Shown here: piece after piece, positions 1 to 12,701 of the stretch | Numbering within the stretch: position 1 is the first letter of the stretch | Layout: each line of letters opens with the position of its first letter | DNA from: Octopus vulgaris | Lineage: Eukaryota | DNA: 64,000 nt | Direction of reading: 5' to 3' | Assembly: GCA_951406725.2 (NCBI GenBank) | Contig: OX597814.1 | Location: forward strand, 28,768,001 to 28,832,000 | Notes under the pieces: model-generated | Database searches by the model: none | Told to the model about the DNA's origin: nothing | The model's input: the letters and a program-made list of their open reading frames with translations, nothing else | Made by a program: the position numbers and the translations under genes

Positions 1-45
<45 letters not shown>

Positions 46-48
46 TAC

Positions 49-86
<38 letters not shown>

Positions 87-121
87 CGCAGCTCTGAGCT
101 GAAACTAGAAAGAAAAAAAAA

Positions 122-157
<36 letters not shown>

Positions 158-183
158 TGTATGTATGTATGTATGTATGTATG

Positions 184-226
<43 letters not shown>

Positions 227-294
227 GTATGTATATATATATATATATGTATGTATATGTGTATGTATGTGTGCATATATATATATGTATGTAT

Positions 295-328
<34 letters not shown>

Positions 329-390
329 ATACACATACACACATACATACATATATATATATGTGTGTGTATGTGTGTGTGTGTGTGTGC
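1..390. repeat. Compound microsatellite (TA)n/(TATG)n/(TG)n
   Basis: Direct inspection; the source of the spurious YI/MYVC ORFs. Confidence 0.95.
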
Positions 391-819
391 GTCTATACAG
401 GCACACCCTCATACACACATACGTTCTAACAATATACACCTCTGACCTAAATCCTTACAATATCTTACTGTATTTAACTATCTATTATTAACATTGAAGA
501 CTGTGTACTTGGATACGTTTTCGTTTGTCCCACATTTCTCGCAATAACGCTTGTTCATTCATCTCTTCTTCTTTAACTCTCGCCAGGTCGATTAAACCAA
601 CGTTTTACAGGGTTTTTGATGCAACATTCGACCAGTAATCTTTCTTATTATAACACAGACGAGTGATCTTTAGAAGATGAAAAGTAGAATTTTTTTTTTT
701 ATTCCAGAATATTCTAGCGGCATTGCAAATAAGTTTCCCGAATGTGAACAAAGCAAACCAATTGTCAAGCGGTGGGTAGGACAAACACAAAGACCATCCC
801 ACTACATACACACACACAG

Positions 820-963
820 AGTTTCCTTACCAAATTCACTCACAGTGAATTGATCGGTTCGTAGCTGCAATAGAAAACACTTGCCCAAGGTACTGAGCAG
901 TGGGGCTGAACTAAAAATCACGTTGTCGCAAAGCGTGCTTGCTAACTACTACATGCCTGCGCA
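820..963 (-). mobile_element. Degenerate 5' part of SINE family B
   Basis: Similar to the reverse complement of the family B head (acacttgcccaagg...cagtgggactgaac...cctgcgc). Confidence 0.6.
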
Positions 964-1028
964 TGTATTACAGGAAGCATTTATGAAGAGAAGTGTGTTG
1001 TGTTACTTGAAAAGTATAACGTTTTTAA

Positions 1029-1444
1029 GGTGGGCGAGCTGGTAGAAACGTTAGCACACCGGGCGAAATGCTTGGCGGTATTTCGTCTGCCGTTACGTTC
1101 TGAGTTCAAATTTCGCCGAGGTCGACTTTGCCTTTCATCCTTTCGGGGTCGATTAAATAAGTACCAGTTACGCACTGGGGTCGATGTAATCGACTTAATA
1201 CCTATGTCTGTGCTTGTTTGTCCCCTCTGTGTTTAACCCCTTGTGGGTAATAAAGAAATAGGTATTTCGTCTGCCGTTACGTTCTGAGTTCAAATTTCGC
1301 CGAGGTCGACTTTGCCTTTCATCCTTTCGGGGTCGATTAAATAAGTACCAGTTACGCACTAGGTCGGTATAATCGACTTAATCCGTTTGTCTGTCCTTGT
1401 TTGTTCCTTCTGTGTTTAGCCCCTTGTGGGTAGTAAAGAAATAG
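1029..1444 (+). mobile_element. SINE family A, dimeric copy (head + 2x184 bp body/tail)
   Basis: Pol III-like head (ggcgagctggtagaaacg...gagttcaaat), central gcctttcatcctttcggggtcga domain, tail ccccttgtgggtagtaaagaaata. 15-bp TSD gtataacgtttttaa at 1014-1028 and 1445-1459. Confidence 0.9.
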
Positions 1445-2215
1445 GTATAACGTTTTTAAAAACCCAGCGATTTGGTGTTTTGTATTCGTTATTGACAGAG
1501 ATGTGTAAGCTATATATTAATGTTTCGTAGATAGCTGAAGATGCTCGTATATTTACAATGACTACAACTAAAGTTTTTAAAATACAACCGAGGTGGTAGG
1601 CAATTAAAAATGCTAGAATACTTTAAACGGCTATATGTAAAATATTTGAAATGAAGGTGGCATAAATTCACGCTAAAAGGAAAAAAAATGCTAGTTTCAG
1701 AGTAATTTGACTTGATCGAATTAATCTTAGATTTATATCATTTTTTAAAAATCGTTTGTGATGACTAGATGCTAGGGTTTATAATCAGTTCAAAATATTT
1801 AAGAATTTTGAATGTTTTGTGCGAATATACTTGAGGAGTCTTAGAAATATTTTCATAACTTCCAATTGCATCATCCTTTGGTTTCTTTTGTTTCTTTTTT
1901 ATATAATTTTTAGTATAAAAGTTAGCCAAGGAAAGTATCTGCAGTTTTAAATTATATATTACTGTTATAATGAATATAAATTTTAATAGCACCTTATCAT
2001 TTCTTCTGATTAAGGTAACGGCGATTGTGTTTTTCACATCTAAATTTCGAATTGGTTAGCAGTGAGACCAAAATATGCCATAGAGAGGTTGTTAGTCTCG
2101 ATATTTCCTTTAAAAAGAATGCTTCCAACATTTACGTATTACTTTCATGAAACTCAGTAACTATAAAGACTTGTTAGAGCTAGGGAAGTTACAAATAATG
2201 GTATTAGTCTTGGGT

Positions 2216-2622
2216 AAGGCGACGAGCTGACAGAAACGTTAGCACGCCGGGCGACCAGCGTAGCCGTATTTCGTCTGCCGTTACGTTCTGAGTTCAAATT
2301 CCGCCGAGGTCAACTTTGCCTTTCATCCTTTCGGGGTCGATTAAATAAGTACCAGTTACGCACTGGGGTCAATGTAATCGACTTAATCCGTTTGTCTGTC
2401 CTTGTTTGTTCCTTCTGTGTTTAGCCCCTTGTGGGTAGTAAAGAAATAGGTATTTCGTCTGCCGTTACGTTCTGAGTTCAAATTCCGCCGAGGTCGACTT
2501 TGCCTTTCATCCTTTCGGGGTCGATTAAATAAGTGCCAGTTACGCACTGGGGTCGATGTAATTGACTTAATCCGTGTGTCTGTCCTCTCTGTGTTTAGCC
2601 CCTTGTGGGTAGTAAAGAAATA
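2216..2622 (+). mobile_element. SINE family A, dimeric copy
   Basis: Same structure; 16-bp TSD ggtattagtcttgggt at 2200-2215 and 2623-2638. Confidence 0.9.
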
Positions 2623-2777
2623 GGTATTAGTCTTGGGTGTAGGCGGGTTAATTTTCGACAGGCAGTGCAAAGTTAGGGGAAGGAGAGTATGATATTTTAA
2701 TACAATATTTGTTAAATATTTTGTTAGAAGAGATGTTACTTCCGCCAAGTTTAACAGCGGATTGAACCAGTGGGTAT

Positions 2778-3170
2778 GGATGGATGGAAGCACTCCGTCG
2801 GTTACGACGATGAGGGTTCCGGTTGATCCGAATCAACGGAACAGCCTGCTCGTGAAATTAACGTGTAAGTGGCTGAGCACTCCACAGACACGTGTACCCT
2901 TAACGTAGTTCTCGGGGATATTCAGCGTGACACAGAGAGTGACAAGGCCGGCCCCTTGAAATACAGGTACAACAGAAACAGGAAGTAAGAGTGAGAGAAA
3001 GTTGTGGTGAAAGAGTACAGCAGGGATCACCACCATCCCCTGCCGGAGCCTCGTGGAGCTTTTAGGTGTTTTCGCTCAATAAACACTCACAACGCCCGGT
3101 CTGGGAATCGAAACCGCGATCCTATGACCGCGAGTCCGCTGCCCTAACCACTGGGCCATTGCGCCTCCAC
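2778..3170 (-). mobile_element. tRNA-derived SINE family C, full length, young
   Basis: Head gtggaggcgcaatggcccagtggttagggcagcggactcg...gtttcgattccc (A/B boxes), (tcca)n tail, 14-bp TSD gaaccagtgggtat (2764-2777, 3171-3184). Near-identical to the copy at 19042. Confidence 0.92.
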
Positions 3171-4866
3171 GAACCAGTGGGTATATACTTTTACTTTCGA
3201 TGTGTTAGTTGAATTTGTATTTTATACACATATGTTATCTTGGAATCCACTGCGTTAAAAATCACCATTGTAGTAATTAAAGAAATCATTAAAGATTTAC
3301 TGACTTGTAGCCAGCTTGACTATTTAAACTACATTTCTAATCCTTATAAACTTACTTGCTTGCTACCATAAACATTTACGAGTTGATACTAACTTATTAT
3401 TATTAGAAAAAGCATTTTACTTATTACTAAAATATGTACTTGTATATTAAATTAGGTTCCATGTAAACATGTGAACACAGCTGTAAGTTCTAATAATTTG
3501 TTGCTTTTAGAAATCAATATTTAATTTATATTTTCTCTATCTTACTAACATATTTTGCGCTAATACTAAATCAAGTTCCCGAACACATACCACCTTCTTA
3601 TAATGTGGTAACTTAAATAACTCCTTAATATTGTATCTAATATTGTGCCCCGCTTCCCTTCTTCTCTGGCACCATTTCCTTATAGCTCTTATACAACAGC
3701 ACGTATTCTAACCACAATGTACAACACTCACACCCCGCGAGACATGACTATCTCACAGTTATCTTGCAGAAAACTTAGAGCAAAATAAATATTGCAAATT
3801 TATTATCCCACCACCACTACCACCACCATGCCTAGATAATTCTAATTTTATTGTATCATTTTTATTCAAACTTATATGATATCGTTTTATAATTTATACA
3901 TCTTTTCTCTTACAATTTTAAGGTTGTTCAACAAGATATCGGATGAAATGCTTTTTCTTAGATCGTACGATTAAGCAGTTCATACGATTTCAACTTGTTA
4001 TATTCTCTCTCATACTATAATTTAAACAATTCAAATTAGTATTTGTAGAATTTAACTTTATACCACTAACAACTTATATACGAAGTTGTACCGAAGCTAA
4101 TGCAAAGGTTGGCAAAGTCTCTTTATTTATTAAAATTGGTCGTTCATTTGAACATCCTATATGAGTTAATATAGGTTAATATATATGTTGATTGAATAAC
4201 TATTCTTTTATATTAATTCTTCTATCTGTTCTTCATTGCAGGAAAATAGCGGGTTTCAAGCAAAATCAAAGTGTCGTCATTGAGATTTTGACAAAGGAGG
4301 TGTGCAGGCTGTCAGACATTCACTGAAAATAATACGTTATTTACGGTGATGGCGCCATCTTAGTTATTCCCCCACATAAGATGTCGTCTGTTTATTGATT
4401 GACTGACTGAGCCAATCAATATATGTTCTAGTATTCTAATTCAAGTGAAAGGAGCGCGTAACATCACAAGCAGGAGAATAACTAAGAGAAGATCCTTGGC
4501 ATGGACAGCGGAATGCGGACAGCCTAACCCCATAGGTTTAAATTATTCGAAATTATTAAATACAACTGGCACTTGAAGTAGGTTGGTGGGTACAACGGCC
4601 GAAACTTTGCAACTATAACAACCAAAATGAGGTCCCTAATCTGAATATATCAATGTATACTAACGATAATTTCTCGTTTTAGAATTTCAATCAATCAACA
4701 AGATTATTTGAAACAATAAGGAAGCCTGCTAAAAATATCAGTCAAATATTCCTCACATCCTATTATACAGTCTTATAAAATGAAACATTAGACAGTTGGT
4801 CCTGGCTACCCTGCACATACAAAAAAGATGGGTTGGTCGCCGCTGGAATGCTGTTGGGCGATCTGC

Positions 4867-4926
<60 letters not shown>

Positions 4927-4931
<5 letters not shown>

Positions 4932-5341
4932 CTTTACTACCCACAAGGGGCTAAACATAGAGGGGACAAACAAGGACAGACAAAGGGATTAAGTCGATTA
5001 TATCGACCCCAGTGCGTAACTGGTACTTATTTAATCGACCCCGAAAGGATGAAAGGCAAAGTTAACCTCGGCGGAATTTGAACTCAGAACGTAGCGGCAG
5101 ACGAAATACCTATTTCTTTACTACCCACAAGGGGCTAAACATAGAGGGGACAAACAAGGACAGACAAAGGGATTAAGTCGATTATATCGACCCCAGTGCG
5201 TAACTGGTACTTATTTAATCGACCCCGAAAGGATGAAAGGCAAAGTTAACCTCGGCGGAATTTGAACTCAGAACGTAGCGGCAGACGAAATACCGCTAAG
5301 CATTTCGCCCGGCAAGCTAACATCTCGGCCAGCTCGCTGTC
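4927..5341 (-). mobile_element. SINE family A, dimeric copy
   Basis: Two tandem body/tail units followed by the head on the minus strand; abuts (TA)n 4871-4926. Confidence 0.9.
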
Positions 5342-6149
5342 GGAGACACACATAAATAAACTGCATGATCTGCTTCATATAATATATATATATATATATA
5401 TATAAAGAACAATATTATTTCTAAAAATATTAACGTTGGCGGACGTATAGGCAAATTGATATTTAAATATCATATAGATATACTTATATATATTAGAGCA
5501 GTGCATAAGCACCTGCTTCGCTAATAATAGGTGGCAAAATACTTCAATAAATTCATGTGTGTGTATATACGTATGGCAGAATCGGCGCGTTAAACAAAAA
5601 TACGTAATTGTAACGCTACTTTACGCCTGTGTCATCGACTTTACCTTTCGGTCTCATGATATCGAGAATATGAAAAGTACCTCATAAAGTGCTATAATCG
5701 TTTGAAAGCAAAGGAAACAATCTACCAAGATCAGCCGGGCATTCGAGTAAACTGAAGTATCGTCTGTAAAACTAAGCGTTTCTGTTATTGGCTTATTTAT
5801 ATGTGTCTCTAATTATTTATGTCTAACGATCTCTTTATCTGTGTATTTATCTATAATAAAAAAAATAAAGAAAAGACAAAAGAAATTATTTTCTAATTAT
5901 CTCTTCGAATTAGATATGTTTTCGTTATTATGGTAACAAATATAACTTAATTAGATATAATTACTGTCATTTGAAAAGGAGGAGGAGGAGGAAATTATTG
6001 ATGGTCTGCGTGTACAAGAATCAGTTCAATAAAAATAGCTAAAAGCAAGAATTATCTGGGTGCTGCGTATATATTGTTTATACCGCATGTTTCCGATATA
6101 GAGGAGAATTAACGGCGGTACATCATTTGTGTATAATATATTGATTTCA

Positions 6150-7630
6150 AATTCTGGCACAAGGCCGGCAACGTCAGGGAAGAGGGTAAGTTGATTACAT
6201 TGACTCTAGTATTAAACTGGTACTTATTTGATCGAGCTGGAAAGGATGAAAGGCAAAGTCAACCTCAGCAGAATTTGAACCCAGAACGTAAAGACGGACG
6301 AAATATCAGGTCGTCAAGTATGAAATTTGTAATAAGGTATATGGTAAACTTTGACAGGTGCTCATTTTGCACCATTATTATATTTTGACAATCTTCATTT
6401 TTTGTTAGAAAGCTGACACATCTGTTTCTTTATTCTAACCCATTTTGCGCTTTATAAAGTATTTATAAATCGTTTTTTGCTATTTTTGTTTAGAGATGGA
6501 TAAGTAGGAAATTTGTACAGTTTTGAAATATGAGTTCTTTCTTGGAAATACAGCATCACAGACAGCTCGAAATATTAATGGAATATTTCATTCTAATGTT
6601 ATTAAACAGAAGACAGTGTCAAATTGGTTAGCAAAATTTCGTTCTGGTAGCTTTGACCTTACAAATGAGCCATGCGGTCGACCAGAAACAAAGGTGGATA
6701 ATGACGAACTGAAAGCCACCGTCGAGTCAGATCTATCTCAAAGTGCCCGTGAATTATCGTTGTTGTTTGCTGTTAACAAGCAAACAATATTGACTCACTT
6801 AGTTCAAATCGGTAAAGTGAAAAAGTTGGATAAGTGGGTTCCACATGAACTCAATGAAAATCAGAAATAGCAACGTTTGAAAGCCTGCATTATGCTACTT
6901 TCTTGTCACAAAAATGAATCATTTTTGAGTCGAATTGTAACACGTGATGAGAAATGGATCCAATACAACAACTGTAAACGTTCAGCACAATAGTTGGACA
7001 AATACGAGCCACCGAAACATTGCCCCAAAAGCAAAACTCATCAAAAGAAGCTGATGGTGTGTGTTTGGTGATCTGGCGCACGTGTGATTCATTATGATTT
7101 CATTAAACCTGGCTCTTCAATCAAGGCCGAATGATGCAGAAACTTACAAAAAAAAAAAAAAAACAGCCTAGATTAGTCAACAGATCCACTCCTATTTTAT
7201 TTCAAGACAACACCAGGCCACACATCGCAATAATGACATTGGCGAAACTACAGGAGTTGAAGTTGGAAGTTCTCCATCATACACCATACTCACCTGATCT
7301 TGTCCCCACTGACTACCACTTCTTCCAGAATTTGGATAACTTTTTGATAGGAAAAACATTTAATTCCAACGATGCTGTAAAACAGGCCTTCCAAGATTTT
7401 ATTGACTCTAGATTGCCAGGCTTTTACAGTTCCGAGCTGGACAAGCTACCACTGAAATAGCAAAAGTGTATTGACAATATGGGTGTATACATTGATGAAT
7501 AAAACTATTTCTTGTATTTATAAAACATTAGCAAACTTTTTATCTTTTCTACAAATTTCATACTTAACGACCTAATACGTCTAAGCAGTTTGCCCGTTGT
7601 GCTAACAAGTCTGCTAGCTCGCTGCCTTAT
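6150..7630 (-). mobile_element. Older SINE family A-like copy split by a mariner insertion (6150-6305 + 7576-7630)
   Basis: ...gaacgtaaagacggacgaaaTA before the mariner and TAcgtctaagcagtttgcccg...gctcgctgcctta after it rejoin into one SINE. Confidence 0.8.
6306..7575 (+). mobile_element. Full-length defective mariner transposon (DD34D, cecropia/Hsmar1-like)
   Basis: 26-bp TIRs tcaggtcgtcaagtatgaaatttgta / tacaaatttcatacttaacgacctaa (2 mismatches) and TA TSD. Transposase remnants KKLDKWVPHEL, IVTRDEKWI, QDNTRPH, PYSPDLVPTDYHFF, with stops and frameshifts. Confidence 0.95.
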
Positions 7631-7885
7631 TTATGTATAGTATATTAGCAGAAACTACGCAAACTGATGATGAAGGACTCTTCACGTGGTCACTCAACCA
7701 GCTAAAAATAACAACCAAATCTCCTTCAAATTAAAAATTTTTAAGAAATAAAAGAACGCATCGGAAAATGTAATCATAATTAGAGATGTGATAGTCATTA
7801 AAGGAATATCTTTGATTATAGTAACGTAAGGTAAATGTTATCCTAGATCTAAACACCACCGACAACAACAGCAACAGCAACAAGT

Positions 7886-8218
7886 GTGGAGGCGCAATGG
7901 CCCAGTAAATCTTTAATGATGTCTTTAATTACTACAATGGTGCTTTTTAACGCAGTGGATTCCAAGATAATATATATGTATAAAATACAAATTCAACTAA
8001 CACATCGAAAGTAAAAGTATATACCCACTGGTTCGTGGAGGCGCAATGGCCCAGTGGTTAGGGCAGCAGACTCGCGGTCGTAAGAACGCGGCTTCGATTC
8101 CCAGACTGGGCATTGTGAGTATATATTGAGCAAAAACACCTAAGCTCCACAAGGCTCCAACGGTGGGGGTGAACCCCGCTGTACTCTTTCACCACAACTT
8201 TCTCTCACTCTTTCTTCC
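7886..8218 (+). mobile_element. SINE family C-type copy (5' part) interrupted by an inverted copy of 3171-3302
   Basis: Head gtggaggcgcaatggcccagt occurs twice (7886, 8035), separated by 132 bp of foreign sequence. Confidence 0.85.
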
Positions 8219-8219
8219 T

Positions 8220-8465
8220 ACTTCTGCCACAAAGCAGAGGAACCATGGTGTAACCCACTGTGGTGTGGTTAACTTTCAGACCCTAGTCTAGATTGCGAAT
8301 CCTCTGTACCCCAGGATGGTTCAGCTCTCCACCCGTTAAAAGCCACCGTTTACGGAATGAGGATAACAACGTAGCTTTCACACCCGTGCAACCGCCAGTC
8401 TATCGCGTGTGGTGGGTGGGTCTTGAAGTTGCCGCACGCATTCTTAGTAACTTAGAGTAGGCTCG
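8220..8465 (-). mobile_element. Possible RTE-type LINE 5' UTR fragment
   Basis: GC-richer island; the minus strand ends in atggttcctctgctttgtggcaga (MVPLLCGR), resembling RTE ORF starts. Recalled resemblance only. Confidence 0.3.
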
Positions 8466-9014
8466 AATTAGAGATTATTCTTTGAGGCTAATGGCGTGAG
8501 TCCTGATTGGAAGAAGTAGAAGAAGAAGAAGAAGAAGAAGACATCAGCATGACTTATTGTGTAACGTGACATAAAATCGAATATTGACGCGGACACACAT
8601 ACACACACACACAACAAATACACGAATACACATATATATGCATTTGTATATATGAGTGTATGCATTCATATACGTATTTCCTCACCGAGATAGTTAAAAT
8701 TAGTGAAAATATCTTGTAATTCACCTGACATCATAGTAAATTAAACTGGAAATTTTAGCATCAATGGTGCTATAGACAGATTGTATTTATTTTGTAAGGA
8801 GGACTAGTATGGTTTCAAATCTGGTGTAACATTAAATGAGACTCGAATTGTAACACTGAATCAACATCTCCAGCAGGGAAAAGATCTCAGCAACCATCTT
8901 ACTCGTGTTTACTAACATGAAAACATCATTGGGGTAAGTTGAGGAGAGACATAATACAGAAACTGGTACTGATATCACTCTAAGAGACATTAGGAGATCT
9001 TAATGCAGCAGCCT

Positions 9015-9449
9015 AATAATAATACCACAGATTTGCTTCTCAGTTGTTTGACCTTAATCAGTTGAGCATGTTCCTTAGTGGCTGAGGATATGTGCATCTC
9101 TGATCATGAGCAGAAGTAGCGGGGGAGCAATATAGCCACGTGTTGAGAGGAATTCTTTGGGGTTTGAATAATTCACCTCTGGAGATATGGGTGTTTCGTC
9201 CAACATTTTTAAACATCCCTTGTTCAGGGACCTTTTGAGTGGGATAGGCTACTAGATCTGGAGAAAATTCTAACTGGGCTCCACCTGCAAGGTCATGCTC
9301 TGTTTATCTTGATATAAGATCATCATGTTATGCACAAATAGTTGTGATGCTTGATGTACCCTTATCAGACGGGTTGTCATGATGGGTATATTTGGCTTCG
9401 TATATTTTACCACAGTGTCACTTTGATGGCATGCACTGTTCTCACACTC

Positions 9450-9548
<99 letters not shown>

Positions 9549-10010
9549 GATGGGCTACAGCAAATATTCTGCTCAATACCTCAGATTTGCTTGTCAGTTG
9601 TTTGACCTTAACCAGTTGAGCATGTCCCTTAGTGGCTGACGATATGTGCATCTCTGATCACGAGCAGAAATAGTGGGGGAGCATCATAGCCATGTGTTGA
9701 GAAGGATTCTTTGGGGGTTGAATAATTCACCTCTGGAAACATGGGTGTTTCGTTCAACGTCCTTAAACAACCCTTATTCAGGGACCATTTGAGCAGGATG
9801 GGTTACTCGATCTGAAGAAAATTCTAACTGGGCTCCACCTGCAAGGTCATGTGCTGTTTATCTTGATATGAGATCACCATATCGCGCACATATGGTTGTG
9901 ATGCATGTGCCTGGTGTACCCTTATCAGACGGGTAGTCATGATGGATATACTGGGCTTCGTATATTTTACCCCAGTGTCACTTTGATGGCTTGCTCTGCT
10001 CGCTCACTCA
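9015..10010 (+). mobile_element. Two tandem copies (about 9020-9449 and 9546-10010) of a ~450 bp retroelement-derived unit, each ending in (AAT)n
   Basis: Direct repeat with high similarity (taccacagatttgctt...ctcacactca vs tacctcagatttgctt...cgctcactca), each followed by an (AAT)n array. Confidence 0.8.
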
Positions 10011-10018
10011 ATTATAAT

Positions 10019-10077
<59 letters not shown>

Positions 10078-10082
10078 TGGTG

Positions 10083-10161
<79 letters not shown>

Positions 10162-10164
10162 TAA

Positions 10165-10472
10165 CTGGAAATAGAGGTAACTAGAATGTGGAATCTGAAA
10201 ACAGAAACAATTCCTATCATAGTAGGTGCATTAGGCATGATAAAAAAATATTCAGACAAATACATAACAAAAACACCAGGACTTACAAACACATATAACA
10301 TACAGAAAATTGCACTACTAGGCACTGCACACATCCTACGCAGAACACTTTCCATACAATAACCATCAGAGCATCACAACAAATCACAGCACATACCCAA
10401 GGCACACAGAGCTGCGCTCGGTAGTGAAGTGAAAGCACGCTATAAAAATAAAACTACTGAATAATGATAATA
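10165..10472 (+). mobile_element. 5'-truncated R4/Dong-type (RLE) LINE 3' end
   Basis: 10165-10362 reads LEIEVTRMWNLKTETIPIIVGALGMIKK...IQKIALLGTAHILRRTLSIQ*, the typical R4/Dong C-terminus. Short 3' UTR ending in (aat); lies within (AAT)n. Confidence 0.88.
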
Positions 10473-12024
10473 ATTCTATGTAACCTCAAGTTTTATTCAA
10501 TGTAATCTCAGTGGGTAATGTAATCTCAATGATGGGTATATTTGTTGTTTGGAATCACAAGTTAATGTTGTGTGGTGGGGCGTTAATTGCCTACTTCATC
10601 AATGTGTGTAGAAATACAGGAGAATTAGTGGACATGTAAGGGTCATTGATGAGGTGTTTACAACTGAAATACCTAAAATACATTTTTAGTTTTTAATAAT
10701 TACTGGCAAGGACACAGTATTTCGTTTTGCAACTATAATATGCTATAAAGTATATTACATTGAATATTGTCTAACCTTGCGTTAGCAGCGCAATATTCTC
10801 TCTTTAAAGTTTATGTCTATTGATACTCTTTAGAATTCAGAGCCAACACAGCAAGTTATCACATTTCGTAAAAAAAACCGTTTATGCTAATAATGCAATC
10901 GAAGGTAGAAAAAGTAAGTAATGGGTGTGTATACATATTTCAAGAGTTATTGCCATCTCATCAGTATCACAACCAGTATCCATCAACTATCCGCGAACAA
11001 ATTGCTTACAAAGATGTATTCGTTTACGAAACATCATAACTTGGAGCGTTGGCTCTGAATTCTATAGAAAATCTACTAGTTTTATATTTTTGTCAGCGTT
11101 GAAGAGTCAATCTATGTATCAATTCGCCTAGATCAAAATGCAACTGAATTTGAATTCTTCCAAAAAAAAATTTAGCTTCATAGTTCATACGTTACAGGTG
11201 ATTGTTATATTTGTGATAATATGTGCAAAGCCTTCTAGAGATTTAGAGCCTAAAAATGTTGGTCAATTTTCGCTTCAGTTCTTCTGCGCAGCACCTTGGG
11301 CAAGTCAAACCAAAGCCTTGTGAGTGAATTTGTAGAGGGAAACTGTGTGCCGGCCTATCGTGTGTATTTGTGTGTGTGAATAACTGTTAATGGGACATCT
11401 GTTTAGGAATATTCGAAGATGTCTCATGTGTGTGTGTGTGTCTGTGTGTATGCGTCTGTCTGTATCTGTGTGTAAAAAGAGAGAAAATAGATAGCTTTTG
11501 ATAATGCGAAAGGTTTAATAAAGCCTTAATATATTTCGGGTTCAAAGTCCTATCTTAGAACAGAACAGTCTAAGAAACGCCTAGTTATGTAGGATCATAG
11601 ATAACGGATTAACGGATCCCACATAATTGAACTTTCCTTAGATTGTTGTAAGAGAGAGGGAAGAGAGAAATAGTGAGGTTTAGGATAATCAGAGACTTCG
11701 AGGGCATTGATTATGTTTCCCTTGGGTAGTGAGATGTATAGTTCAAAGTTATTTCCTTGCTGTATGTAACGATTTTGTCGTTGTGGTGCCAAAGGTGACA
11801 GGTAGTCAGTTCTCTATTGGATTATGATTTCGAGATCTCTGACTGTCGAAGCAGCGTCTGACTTTCATCACGGGTGTATCTTGATTGAGTTTAGACTACA
11901 GAATAACACCTGAGTGAAATTTTTTTTTAAAAAAGGGGAACAGAAAAGAAAAATGCTTAAAACTTTTCAGTAGAATAGAAGGCAATTTCATTTGTGAATG
12001 AATGTTATGCGTGTCTTTACACGA

Positions 12025-12140
12025 TTATCATCATCGTCATCATCATTGTCATCATTCTCATCATCATCATCATCATCATCATTATCCTTCTCCTCCTCCC
12101 CTCTCTATCTTTCTCTCTCGCTCCCGTTTTCTCTCTCCAC

Positions 12141-12212
<72 letters not shown>
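12025..12212. repeat. (CAT)n, (CT)n, (TA)n, (TG)n compound microsatellite
   Basis: Direct inspection. Confidence 0.9.
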
Positions 12213-12250
12213 ACACACACACGCACCCCCCTACCCCCCACATATATATA

Positions 12251-12485
12251 TATTTCTTTACTACCCACAAGGGGCTAAACACAGAGGGGACAAACAAGGA
12301 CAGACAAACGGATTAAGTTGATTACATCGACCCCACTGCGTAACTGGTACTTGATCTATCGACCCCGAAAGGATGAAAGGCAAAGTCGACCTCGGCGGAA
12401 TTTGAACTTAGAACGTAACGGCAGACGAAATACGGCTGCGCATTTCGCCCGGCGTGCTAACGTTTCTGCCAGCTCGCCGCCTTAA
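12251..12485 (-). mobile_element. SINE family A, monomer
   Basis: Full head-to-tail match to family A. Confidence 0.9.
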
Positions 12486-12533
12486 TCACACATATTTATA
12501 TGTACCTTTGCAAACCAAATGAAATCATATTTT

Positions 12534-12537
<4 letters not shown>

Positions 12538-12611
<74 letters not shown>

Positions 12612-12622
12612 TTATATATATA

Positions 12623-12698
<76 letters not shown>
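12538..12698. repeat. (TA)n microsatellite
   Basis: Direct inspection. Confidence 0.95.

Positions 12699-12701
<3 letters not shown>

Noticed and set aside
105-491. YI/MYVC/IYLS/HT/poly-N ORFs here and throughout the track
   Set aside because: Microsatellite translations.
981-1236. Recurrent ORFs such as RPRKDERQSRPRR, FFTTHKGLNTEG and [13 protein letters not shown]
   Set aside because: Chance translations of SINE A/B consensus sequence, not genes.
1029-2622. Repeated 184-bp units as a CRISPR array or hammerhead retrozyme
   Set aside because: Eukaryotic SINE with TSDs, no spacers, and no CUGANGA core found in the unit.
3095-3170. tRNA-like sequence (also about 33035-33108, 47390-47463, 19355-19428)
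   Set aside because: These are SINE heads followed by SINE bodies with TSDs; there is no complete acceptor stem or terminator.
6523-7460. SETMAR-like host gene
   Set aside because: No SET domain; bounded by TIRs and TA TSD; multiple stops. It is a plain mariner relic.
11500-11915. Possible decayed CR1/L2 LINE fragment on the minus strand
   Set aside because: Only a weak VRDL-like motif; too little to support a call without a search.
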